A DNA stretch of 64,000 nucleotides from the NCBI RefSeq assembly GCF_006345805.1, contig NC_043005.1:75950001-76014000 (forward strand), written 5' to 3'. The translations under genes were made by a program, and so were the position numbers. Positions 13,284-25,808 of the stretch are shown in pieces; the stretch's first letter is position 1, and every line of letters starts with the position of its first letter. Origin of the DNA: Octopus sinensis. Taxonomy: Eukaryota. A model generated the notes under the pieces. The model was not told where the DNA came from and searched no databases. It saw nothing but the letters and a program-made list of their open reading frames with translations.

Positions 13284-13585
13284 GGGGCGTGGCTTAGTGG
13301 TTAGGGTATTCCGCTCGCAATCGTAAAGTTGTGAGTTCGATTCCCAGTGGGATGTTGTGGTCTTGAGCGAGACGTTTTATTTCACCTTGCTTCAGTTCAC
13401 TCAACTGTGAAAAATGAGTTGTACCTGTAATTTGAAGGGACAGCCTTGTCACACTCTGTGTCACGCTGAACCTCCCTGAGAACTGTGTTAAGTGTATGTG
13501 TGTCTGTGGAGCACTCAGCCACCTGTATGTTAATTTCACAAGCAGGCTGTTCTATTAATCAGATCAAATGGAAGAATCGTCTTCA
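13284..13585 (+). mobile_element. tRNA-derived SINE family D
   Basis: Head ggcgtggcttagtggttagg..gagttcgattcc. Body also at ~54010-54175 and ~57410-57720 (minus). Confidence 0.7.
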
Positions 13586-13587
13586 TT

Positions 13588-14388
13588 ACATACATACATA
13601 AACACACACACACACATACATACATAATACACACATACATACATACATACATAATACACACATACATACATACATACATACTACATACATACATACATAC
13701 TACATACATACATACATACATACATACACACACACACATACATACATACATACACACATACATACATACATACATACATACACACACATACATACATACA
13801 CACACATACATGCATGCATACATACATACATACATGCATGCATACATACATACATGCACACATACATACACGCACACATACATACTTACATATATACATA
13901 CACACATACATACATACTTACATACATACATCCACACACATACATACATACATACATACATACACACACATGCATACATACATACATACATACATACATA
14001 CATACATACATACACACATACACATATACATACATACATACATACATACATGCATACATACATACAAACATACATACATACATACATACTTACATACACA
14101 CATACATACTTACATACATACATACACACATACATACTTACATACATACATACACACATATATACATGCATACATACGTGCATACATACATACATACATA
14201 CATACATACATACATACACACATACATACTTACATACATACATACACACATACATACTTACATACATACATACACACATATATACATGCATACATACGTG
14301 CATACATACATACATACATACATACTTACATACATACATACACACATACATACATACATACATACATACATACACATATATATATGCA
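13588..14388. repeat. (ATAC/AC)n microsatellite array
   Basis: Seen directly. Confidence 0.97.
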
Positions 14389-14792
14389 CAGGTGTGGATG
14401 TATGGTAAGAAGCTTGCTTACCAATCACATGGTTCCAGGTTCAGTCCCACTGCATGACACCTTGGGCAAATGCCTTCTGATATAGCCTCAGACTGACTAA
14501 AGCTTTGTGAGTGGATTTGGTAGATGGAAACTGAAAGAAGCCTGTCGAATAAATATATATATATATGTATATGTTTGTATATGTTTGTGTGTCTGTGTTT
14601 GTCCCCCCACCATCACTTGACAACCGATGTTGTTGTGTTTACATCCCCTGTAACTTAGCAGTTCGGTAAAAGAGCTTGATAGAAGAATAAGTACTAGGTT
14701 TACAAAGAATAAGTCCTGTGGTCGATTCCTTCGACTAAATGTGGTGCTCCAGTATGGCTGCAGTCAAATGACTGAAACAAGTAAAAGAATAA
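14385..14792 (+). mobile_element. SINE family A
   Basis: Head and tail as at 768. Confidence 0.8.
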
Positions 14793-15215
14793 AAATGTAT
14801 ATATATACATACATTTATGTCCCTGCCATAAGGCTTTACTTCTACACATGCCACCTTAATTTAATTTGTCCTCAGTCAAAAGACACCTGTTGTCATGTCC
14901 TGTTATTTGTATTTGTGTAACATATGTTTTTTTCCATCCTTGTTTTCATATAAATTCACTGCTTTCTTCCAAGGAATGTAATCCTCTTAACTTATTTTAC
15001 CTTGGGGCTGGCCAGAGTGGAGCAATCTCAAGTATAACCAGCTGAAATTGCAAAGATAATCTGGAACTTAACTGAGTATAGAAATGATCCATTCTTGTTT
15101 TCCTTGTATCGTCTGTTTGGATATTTTGCTTTCCCTTTTTTTATTTCACCTAACTGTCTGGATGTTTTGTGTTCTTGTCCCATTTCTGTATTTTTTACAT
15201 AACGATACATATATA

Positions 15216-15643
15216 TTGGGTTGTCCAGAAAGTTCATGCCGATTTATAGCAGCTTATCTTTCGACTTATTTTAGAACATGGTTGAGTCCATAAAATAGGA
15301 TTGGACTACACCTCCATTTAGAACACAGCTTAAGCTATCTTTTCGTGGAAGGTTTATGTTCCTATAATTTGTGTTAATTCTGTAACCCTTTAAAATGGAA
15401 GATAAGAAAGTTCATTTTCAGCACTTGATTTGGGAACCAGACAAAAATTGCTGCAGCTCAGCTGGGATGTGTTACCCAACCATATTGCCCAGATATTACT
15501 CCTTCAGATTTCCACTTATTCAGGTCTCTGCAGAATAGTCTTAATGGTGAAAATTTCAATGGTTGATTAAAAATGTAATGGTAAGTATTTATTGACCTTT
15601 TTCTTTCCTTTAAAAATCAGCACAAACTTTCTGGACAACCCAA
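15216..15643 (+). mobile_element. Second copy of the non-autonomous mariner derivative
   Basis: Same TIRs, TA flanks and internal deletion junction as 9526..10091, plus a further deletion. Confidence 0.9.
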
Positions 15644-15849
15644 TACATAATTGTCAAGCTATGACATTTCACTTCAGTATGGTATATAATTCGGGTTTCC
15701 ATGAGATTCCATAACTGATTCCACTCATATGAGAGAGCAAACAGATGGTTCAGTGGTAATTCTAATCGAAGAACTAAGATTTTTTTTTTCTCCCTATTTT
15801 CTGGCTGAAGGCAAATGGTTCAACAATCTCAATGTACAGCATCTTGAAT

Positions 15850-16000
15850 CAACACATTTGTGTGCACAACTCGAAAACCTTGTGTTTGACCTAAAGAATG
15901 TTTACCAAAAGCCTGACAAGTCATTTTGAGTATCTTGGAAGCATGTTTCTGAAGCTTCATGCGAAATTTGAAGCTGGCATGTTGCCTCAATTTCTCAATC
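15850..16000 (-). mobile_element. Mariner N-terminal HTH relic
   Basis: QHASFKFRMKL...QAFGKHSLGQTQ resembles EQR.CIKF..KL...QAFG...LS.TQV. Confidence 0.6.
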
Positions 16001-16178
16001 ATCAAAAAAATACAAAATAAAAGATTTTCTAACAATGCACCATTACCACTCGATGACTGGTGTTGGTTTGTTTATGTCTCCATCTCTTGGTAGTGGTTCG
16101 GCAAATGGAGAGTGATAGACTAAGTGCCAGGCTTAGAAGAACATTATAATAATAATAATAATGATAATAATAATAATA

Positions 16179-16220
<42 letters not shown>

Positions 16221-16225
16221 TGATG

Positions 16226-16301
<76 letters not shown>

Positions 16302-16644
16302 CATTTATTTGAATATATATAATTGTGTGTCTTTGTATCTGTTTGTCTACCATTACCACTCGATGACTGGTGTTGGTTTGTTTATGTCTCCATCTCTTGG
16401 TAGTGGTTCGGCAAATGAAGAGTGATAGACTAAGTGCCAGGCTTAGAAGAACAAAGTAACAACTGGGGTTGATTCATTCGATTAAGAAATTCTTCAAGGT
16501 GGTGCTCCAGCATGGCCACAGCCTAATGACTGAAACAAGTAAAAGATACATAATAAACTAAAAGGCCTTGATGATTTCATCTTCATTAATGGATGCCCTT
16601 GTTGTAACTTGAAGGTTTTCTGCTGTTCTGTGAGCTACTTTGTC

Positions 16645-17470
16645 CGGCATGGCTGTGTGGTTAGATGCTTGCTTCCCAACCACATGGTTCTGGGTTCGGT
16701 CCCACTGCATGTCACGTTGGGCAAGTGTCTTCCACTATAGCCTCAGGCCGACCAAAGCCTTGGGAGTGGATTTGGTAGGCAGAAACTGAAAGAGGCTAGC
16801 TGGCAGAAAGGTTAGCACGCCGGGTGAAATGCTGAGCAGTATTTCGTCTGCCGTTACGTTCTGAGTTCAAATTCCACTGAGGTCGACTTTGCCTTTCATC
16901 CTTTCGGGGTTGATTAAATAAGTACCAGTTACGCACTGGGGTTGATATAATTGACTTGATCTGTTTGTCTGTCCTTGTTTGTCCCCTCTGTGTGTAGCCT
17001 CTCGTGGGCATGTAAAGAAATAGGTATTTCATCTGCCGTTATGTTCTGAGTTCATATTCCACTGAGGTCGACTTTGCCTTTCATCTTTTCGGAGTCAATA
17101 AATTAAGTACCAGTTATACACTGGTGTTGATCTAATTGACTTAATCCCTTTGTCTGTCCTTGTTGGTCCCCTCTATGTTTAACCCCTTGTGGGCAATAAA
17201 GAAATAAGAAACTGAAAGAGGCCTGTCATATGTATGTGTGTATGTATGTAAGTGTGTGTGTCTTTGTGTCTGTAGCAGTTCCCCTATCACTGCTTGACAA
17301 CTGGTGTTGGTGTGTTTACGTCCCTGGAACTTAGTGGTTCAGCAAAAGGACACTGATGGAATAAGTACTAGGCACAAGAAATAAGTCCTGGGTTCGATTT
17401 GTTCGATTAAAACCCTTCAAGGCAGTGCTCCAGCATGACCTTTATCAAAAGACTGAAACAAGTAAAAGAG
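16645..17470 (+). mobile_element. SINE A interrupted by dimeric SINE B (16797..17206)
   Basis: 16-bp duplication agaaactgaaagaggc at 16781-16796 and 17207-17222. Confidence 0.88.
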
Positions 17471-17644
17471 TAAAAAAGTACTCCATCCAAACTCCTGAGA
17501 AGAGCCAATCTGCAAAAACCGGAAGAGATTGGGTTGGAATGAATTGTGATGGAATGAAGAGTTAGAAACTTGCAGGTCATGTTTTCCAACAACCAGAAGA
17601 ATTACCAAAGACAGCTCTACAAGGGGTACCATTAGATGGATGAA

Positions 17645-17677
<33 letters not shown>

Positions 17678-17885
17678 AAGAAGACAGAAGGTATCAGGTG
17701 GTCATGGGATGTGTTAAAAATGATAGCTAAATCACCCTTAAACTACGCGTGCGTGTGTACACACACACACACACGCACACAAAATGCTTTTTCATAATCA
17801 TATAAATACCAGTGTATAGAACACAAATTCGCAAAAATTCTCTGAAATTAAAAAAAAAAATTAGAAAAGTTATGAGGAATTATTC

Positions 17886-18067
17886 AGGCACAGGAGTGGT
17901 TGTGTGGTAAGTAGCTTGCTTACAAATCATCTGGTTCCAGGTTCAGTCACTCTGTGTGGCACCTTGGGCAAGTGTCTTCTACTATAGCCTTGGACCAACC
18001 AAAGCCTTGTGAGTGGATTTGGTAGATGGAAACTGAAGGAAGCCCGTCGTACATATGTATATATGTA

Positions 18068-18137
<70 letters not shown>

Positions 18138-18336
18138 CTGTGTTTGTCCCCCCACCCAACATCGCTTGACAACCGATGCTGGTGTGTTTACATCCCGGTA
18201 ACTTAGAGGTTCGGCAAAAGAGACCGATAGAACAAGTACTAGGCTTACAAAGAATAAATCCTGGTGTCTATTTGCTCGACTAAAAGGCGGTGCTCCAGCA
18301 TGGCCACAGTCAAATGACTGAAACAAGTAAAAGAGA
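17886..18336 (+). mobile_element. SINE family A
   Basis: Head, (TA)n, tail. Confidence 0.85.
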
Positions 18337-18354
18337 GAGTGCTTAAACCAGGAT

Positions 18355-18680
18355 TCCGCCAGACACTCTTTATTTACTTATGCGCCCTTTTCAAGCCCAT
18401 CCAGGCTCATGGGCCCGGTTTCTCGGTTTCTATGTGTCCCCCCCCCATCTGGACAGGACGCCAGTCCATCGCAGTGTTACTCAAGAAACAGGAAGAAAAA
18501 GTGAGAGAAAGTTGTGGCGAAAGAGTACAACAGGGGTCACCACCACCCCCTGCCGGAGCCTCGTTGGGCTTTAGGTGTTTTCGCTCAATAAACATACACA
18601 ACGCCCGGTCTAGGAATCAAAACCACGATCCTCCGACCGCGAGGTCCACTGCCCTAACCACGGGGCCATTGCGCCTCCAC
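18355..18680 (-). mobile_element. tRNA-derived SINE family C
   Basis: Reverse complement head ggaggcgcaatggccccgtggttagggc. Related copies at ~52135-52430 and ~54180-54368. Confidence 0.75.
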
Positions 18681-19744
18681 TGACACTCCTTTACCCCAAA
18701 ATATATCTAAAACAATCCCTGAGGTACTTTAGTAGATTATTTTAAATATTAGTTACAAATTTTGGCGCAAAATCAGCATTTTCGAGTAAGGGGTGAGTCG
18801 ATTACATCGACCCTTGTGCTCATCTGGTCCTTATTTTATTGATTACGATAGGACGAAAGGCAAAGTCAACCTAGGCGTAATTTGAACTCACAACGTAAAG
18901 ACAGACGAAATACCAATAAGCGTTTTGTCCGGTGCATTAACGATTCTGCCAGCTTTAAAAATTACTTTAAATATTACTCTCTTTAATGCACTAAAAACTG
19001 CTTTTTTCTCTTGAATATGCGCTGCAGAAATTGGTCACCATCGAATATGCCCGCGTGGAGGCACGTGGCTTGGTGGTTAGGGTGTTACTCTCATGATCAT
19101 AAGATTGTGGTTTCAATTCTTGGACAGAGTGATGCATTGTGTTCTTTAGCTAAACGCTTCATTTCACGCTACGACTGTCCATTAAACCGGCAAAAATTAA
19201 TAATTCTACGAAGTACCGTCGTCCCATCCAGTTAAGAATATTACACGCCACAGAATCCGGTGAACCGACCATTGATCCTAATGTGCCCGTGCGTCTCTTA
19301 AGTCGATCCTATCGAGATTAAACGTGAACCCTGTAAATATTTACTTTGCGATTATTTAAACATCAGTTTCATAAAGTCACAGCAAAGACCACCACACTGT
19401 ATTAAGAACGCGCCAATGCTTTCACAAGAAACTTTATAAAATATTGTCGTTTACGATGTAAACTTAAGATTTCTTCTGGGATGTAAAAATGAGATCATAT
19501 TGCAGTTTAAGTCAAAGGGAAACAACTCAACTAATATTATTGATAAAGTAAACATGAATTATTTCCCTTACTCCATTGAGTTACTTTGCTTGACAGAGTT
19601 TATTTTCTTGGCAGCAGAGAGGGAGTTTAATCGATTAAATCGATCAGGACTTGACCGCTACTTTATTTTATACAACTTCCGCTGGCATTACCATCGTTGT
19701 CATGGATGTCGTCATCATCATCATTACCATCATCATCATTGTCG

Positions 19745-19962
19745 GTGCTACTTGAGAACAATGGTCCCAGTGCGCGCACTCGCGTAGTCGCACATCCGCG
19801 CTAGCTAGTCGTGAGTAGTCGATCCTACAACGACTACCTAGCAAAGTAAATAAAACACAAAAACACAAAGTAAGGATCGACTAGTCACGACTAGCTAGAG
19901 CGGATGTGCGAGTACGCGAGTACGCGAGTGCGCGCACCGGGACCACTGTTCTCAAGTAGTAC
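19745..19962. repeat. CpG-rich fold-back element
   Basis: Arms 19745-19828 and 19870-19962. Can be read as TA|CTTGAGAAC...GTTCTCAAG|TA. Confidence 0.88.
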
Positions 19963-20620
19963 CATCATTGTCATCATCATCATCAGTATCATCCCCATAA
20001 TCGTCACCACCGCTGTCACCACCAGCCATCCTCCCTCCACCATTCTTGTCATCATCGTTGGCGTCATCATCATCACCATGACCATCACCATCATCACCTT
20101 TTCCCTTCTCATTACCACCATCATAATCATTGTCATTGCGGATATCATCACTGCTGCCACGACCACCACGGCCACCACTGCGACCACCACCACCACCACC
20201 ACAACCACAACCACCGCCATCACTGTTCATGTAGCATTCATTGATATAATTCATCATCAAACTTAACACAGCTGTTGTCTGGTGTCACTGTGCTCAATGA
20301 AAGATTGATATGATATATGTGTGTGTGTGTGTATATATATGTGTGTGTGTGTGTATGTATGTAAGTATGTATGTGTGTATATATATATATGTGTGTGTGT
20401 ATGTGTGTATGTGTGTGTATGTATATATATATATGTGTGTGTATGTATGTATATATATATGTGTGTGTGTGTATGTGTGTGTATGTATATATATATGTGT
20501 GTGTGTGTATGTGTGTGTATGTATATATATGTGTATGTGTGTGTATGTATATATGTGTGTATATATATATAGTGTGTGTGTGTGTATGTATGCATATGTA
20601 TGTATATATGTGTATGTATG

Positions 20621-20696
<76 letters not shown>

Positions 20697-20964
20697 CCAG
20701 ACAGATACTTTAGTATGTGGCAGGTGTAAATCAGCCCAATCTCTTTCTCTCTCTCTCTCTATCTCTCTCTAAGACATCTCTAGTCTTGAGCAATCAATGT
20801 AAGATAAAAATAAATAACTATGGAATGGTGGAACTAAATGTCTTAATATTGCTTTAGTTTGGTCTCTGGCTGTTCTGAGTTCAAATACTGCAACAGACTT
20901 TTACTTTCACCTTCTAATATTAGTAATACATAAACACGTACATACATCCATGCATGCATAGATA

Positions 20965-21181
20965 TGAAGGGGTGTTGAAAAGTTTCTGGCTTTGGGTAAA
21001 AGAAAATGCAAGCGGATCAGTTAATTATGATTTTATTCAGTATATTTCTCCCTCAGATTCAAATACTTATTGCAATGGTCCTTCCGTTTTTCTAAGCCCT
21101 GTAAAGAAACTCAAAAATTTGGGCCTCCAACCAGGCCTTTTGCTATACCCTTAAAACCAGGAACTTTTCAGCACTCCTTCG
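20965..21181. mobile_element. Mariner-type MITE (217 bp)
   Basis: TA|TGAAGGGGTGTTGAAAAGTT...AACTTTTCAGCACTCCTTCG|TA. Confidence 0.8.
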
Positions 21182-21669
21182 TATGTATATATGCATGTAC
21201 TACCCTCCAAAAGACAAAACATGCTTATACTGTCTCCTTTCATAAGCTCCGTCTTGGCTTAACAACCCTCACTGTTTGTCTTTACTGTTTTGTTCTCACT
21301 GTCCTGTTCTTGTTACCACTTTCACCCTCCGCAAAAAAACCCAAATTTTATTTAATTTGCTCTACGGGAAGGACTGTTTCAACAAAGTTGCATCTTGTCC
21401 TTGCCTTTGGAACGCGGAGTAGATGAAACAGGGACAACTGAAGAAGGAGAATATTCTTTATGTTGTTTGTCTCATTTCTCTGTTTGCTTTTTGCGTTGTT
21501 CCCAAAAAGTTCGTTTTTATGTTTTTGTTTTTTTGTTTTCGTTTCTCATTGTGTTCAATGTTTTTTTGATGTCCTGTACCATATATGCATGTATATATAC
21601 ATATATATGTAGGTATGTACATATATGTATGTATATATGTATATATTTATATATTATTTATATTATATC

Positions 21670-21710
<41 letters not shown>

Positions 21711-21914
21711 TCTGTCTATCTATCTATTTATCTCTCTCTCTCTCAGTGTGTCTGTCTGTCTGCTTGCCTGCCTGCCTGCCTGTCTGTCTATCTATCTGTC
21801 CTTTCATCTGTGTCTCTGTCTGTCTGTCTCTGTTTGTTTGAATGGACAGCCATGTTGAAGTGGTTACGAACATTCCTTATTATAGATATACAAGTATGTA
21901 TATAAATATAAATA

Positions 21915-21952
<38 letters not shown>

Positions 21953-21953
<1 letters not shown>

Positions 21954-22249
21954 AACAATTGCAGTGTGGAAGGTGTTTATAAGCCATTTAAGAAACACAT
22001 GAAAACCGTTAGATTCACTTCCACAATTAAATTTAATTTGTCAAAATATTTTCGTCGCTTTGAGACTGTGACCTGTTCACTGACAAAACTCTGTGCTGCA
22101 CCTCAGTGAACAGTTTTGTCAGTGAACAGGTCACTGTCTCAAAGTGACGAAAATATTTTGACAAATTAAATTTAAATGTTGAAGTGAATCTAACAGTTTT
22201 TGTGTGTTTCTTAAATGGCTTATAAACAGTTTCCTCGCTGCAATTGTTT
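21953..22249. repeat. Fold-back element, ~138-bp arms
   Basis: Arms 21953-22090 and 22112-22249. Confidence 0.88.
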
Positions 22250-22723
22250 TCATTCCAGCACACGATCTCAGATCAGGTCACTTGCTATGCAAGTACATCT
22301 CCCTATCCTCTCCCCCTCATCTCCTCTCTCTACACTACACCATACGACATTACACATCACATCATACATACATACACACGTCCAGACCTCTTATACGCAC
22401 TACATACTCTCTCATACTCTCTCATACACACACACACCCTTTGTTGGGGCGTTGGTCATTTGACCCTGTTATCTCCCCTATTTTCACTCTTGCGCCTCAC
22501 GTTTGATCTTTGACTTTTGGCCAGAATCATGTTGATCCGCTAGCTTCTGCACGCATTTTTTTCTCTCCTTGTTTCTTTCTGTGTATCTTTCTGTTGAAGA
22601 GCGTAGGCTCAAAATGTAAAAGACTTGTTTTATTTACATTCCTGAGCGCCATACTAATACAATTGTTTGTTTATATTCCACCTGCCTTCGTCTTTTGTTT
22701 ATTTTCATAAAGCTTCCCGTTAT

Positions 22724-22773
<50 letters not shown>

Positions 22774-23291
22774 GTATATATACATATATTAAGCATATGA
22801 TATTACTGATATCATAAGCTTAATGTATGTGCATTGTTAAGCACTGCAAAGCTGCAGCAAATTGCTTCCAATGTGGAGGATTAAGAGACACTGATGTAAA
22901 AAAATAACCTCTATATATCACTATCTGTTGCTCTCATTTACTTCCAGGGTGATTTTGTTCCACACAGCTTTGAAGTATGCTGTGTTTTTTTTTTTTTTAG
23001 CACCATGTCTTTAATGGCATCTCCATTAGATGAAATAGTATAGCTTTGTAGCATTTAGCAACATACATACATTGAGTTGTGATATTGAAAAAAGAATATA
23101 TACATGCATGTATGTATGTATGTTTATATACATCTATGGTAGTATATATATAATATATATGTATGTATATATATATGTATGTATGTATATATATGTATGT
23201 ATTATATAGATATGTATGCTTATATATATGTCTATATATACATATATATATATATATATATAATATAATATATAATATATATATATATATA

Positions 23292-23697
23292 TGTAGGAGT
23301 GGCTTAGTGGTAAGTAGCTTGCTTACCAACCATATAGTTCCGGGTTCATTCCCACTGTGTGGCACCTTGAGCAAGTGTCTTCTACTATAGCCTCGGGCAA
23401 ACCAAAGCCTTGTGAGTGGATTTGGTAGACGGAAACTGAAAGAAGCTTGTCGTATATATGATTATATATGTATGTGTGTGTATAAAGTTTGTGTGTCTGT
23501 GTTTGTCCCCCCAACATCGTTTGACAACTGATGGTGGTGTGTTTACGTCCCCCGTATTTTAGCGGCTCGGTAAAAGAGACCGATAGAATAAGTACTAGGC
23601 TTACAAAGAATAAGTCCCGGGGTCAATTTGCTCGACTAAAGGCGGTGCTCCAGCATGGCCGCAGTCACATGACTGAAACAAATAAAAGAGTAAAAGA
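23292..23697 (+). mobile_element. SINE family A
   Basis: Head, microsatellite, tail. Confidence 0.85.
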
Positions 23698-23778
23698 GTA
23701 TGTATGTATATATATATACATATATATATATTATATATAGTATATATACTGGAGACTGAATCTCAATAAATTGAATAC

Positions 23779-23784
23779 TTTATT
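23779..23784 (-). terminator. Candidate polyadenylation signal AATAAA of the CIB gene
   Basis: First AATAAA on the minus strand downstream of the stop, ~450 nt away. No transcript evidence. Confidence 0.5.
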
Positions 23785-23819
23785 GCACATGGGATAAATC
23801 AGTGTTATTATCGTCCTGC

Positions 23820-24100
23820 TCTTCTCCAGCATCATCATCACCATCACCATCATCATCATCATCACCATTATCAACATCATCATCATCATCATCGTCGTCG
23901 TCATCGTTGTCGTTCTCATCATCATTATTATCACCACCCTCATCATCATCATCACCACTGCCATCATCAACATCATCGTCATCATCATAATTGTCATTAT
24001 TATTGTCATCACCATCATCACCATCAACATCATCATTGTCACTACCACCATCACCGACATCATTGTCATCATCATCATCATCATCATCACCATCATTGTG
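23820..24100. repeat. (CAT/CAC/CGT)n tract in the predicted CIB 3' UTR
   Basis: Seen directly between the stop and the AATAAA. Confidence 0.9.
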
Positions 24101-24229
24101 GAGTGTAAAATATATTCATTTCTTCCTCTTCATCATTTCTCTCTCTCTCCTTATTATTATTATTATTATATTATTATTATTATTATTATTAAGTGTTAAT
24201 TAGTCCAATCTTCTGGATTTCTCTGCTCT

Positions 24230-24251
24230 TCAAATACGAATATGGAAAGTG
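24230..24251 (-). CDS. CIB2: CIB2/3-like exon 7 (N)TFHIRI-stop
   Basis: ttctctatttccag acceptor, 22 nt ending in TGA. The TFHIRI C-terminus is the CIB2/CIB3 signature. Exons sum to 570 nt. Confidence 0.95.
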
Positions 24252-24660
24252 CTGGAAATAGAGAAGAAAAAAAAAGGAACAATTAGAGATAAATAGTTTT
24301 ATTCTTTTATGCCTTTACAAATTTCTGTAATTGGTCACTTGCCATTCTGGAGCATTGCCTTGAAAAGTTTAGTCAAAGTTTATCAGTCCAGCCACTTATT
24401 TTAAAAGTTTAGTTCTTATTCTATCAGCGTGAGAGAAAAGGAGTGTGTGGGAGAAAGAGAATGAGATAAAAAGAGAAAGAGGTAGAAAAAGAAAGAGAAA
24501 AAGAGAGACGAGGAATAAAAGAAGGAGAGAGAAAGAGAGACAGAGGGGGAGAGGGAGAGAGAGGGGAATAGAGTGAGTAAGAAAAGAGAGAGAATGAGAG
24601 AAAGACAGTGTGATAAGAGAAAGAGATGGCAAAAAGTGAGAGAAGAAGAGAGAGAGAGGA

Positions 24661-24699
<39 letters not shown>

Positions 24700-25542
24700 T
24701 ATGGACTAGTATTTTACTGGTATGCCTCCTGCAGCAGAGTAGATTGGATCAATATATCCTGATCCAAGAACTGAATGCCCTTAGGCCACACACCTTCACC
24801 TGTATACACATAAACACACGATTTCATCCAGAAACATTTTTGAATTGCATTAACAGATCACTCGTGTGGTCGCTTTAATTCACAACGGTTGAGTCAAATC
24901 AAGTCAGCAGTTGAAGATATGTGCCACAAGGTGCCTGTGCTAATGCAACTGGATGCTCAATGTGACATAATGCTATGAACCAAAAAGGAAGGGAAAAAAG
25001 AGAGTCACTTACTGTAATGTGTTTTTTTGCATGACGTTATTGCCTGAGGTTACCTTGGTCTTTTCCGTAGGCTTTTCTTTCCATGGATAAACCTAATCTG
25101 TTTCCCCTTTTTTTTCCCCCACAATCCCTTTTGATGGAATTTCTACTCCCACCCCTTTTTTTTTCTTTTCCCCAAAAGAATTGCTCTACTTTGTATTTTG
25201 TCCCTTCTTTGCTCAGTCCTGTGTGGCCAATAAAGGAACATATCTGTCTGTCTTTCTGTCTGTCTGTCCGTCTATCCGTCCATCCGTCCGTCCATCCATC
25301 TATCTGTCTTTCTCTATCTGTTCATCTGCCCATCTTTCTGTCTACCTGTCTGTTTGTCAATCTATCTATTTGTCTATATCTATCTATCTACTACCTACAC
25401 ACACACACACACACACACACGGATGCACACATACACATAGACACACACACACACACATAGATGCACATACACAAACACATACTCACATACATATATATAT
25501 TCTACTTGAAATTCATAAGGTAAAAAAAATACTTCTACATAC

Positions 25543-25631
25543 TTCAAGAATTCAGGATCTCTTGATATTATATATTCAAATTCTACATATGACAGTTTTC
25601 CCTTGTGGTCAAAATCTCCTTCTTCCAACAC
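25543..25631 (-). CDS. CIB2: CIB2/3-like exon 6 (VLEEGDFDHKGKLSYVEFEYIISRDPEFL)
   Basis: T-rich gtag acceptor, 89 nt, donor AA|gtatgt, EF4 loop. Confidence 0.95.
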
Positions 25632-25770
25632 CTACAAAAAAAAAGCAACAAAACAAACAATAAATAAAATAAACCTGAACCTATTTTTCCACACATTGTG
25701 GAAATATTTAAACCGACCACATCCACTGCTATATTGTACTGTTTTATAAAATAATAATAATAATAATAAT

Positions 25771-25808
<38 letters not shown>

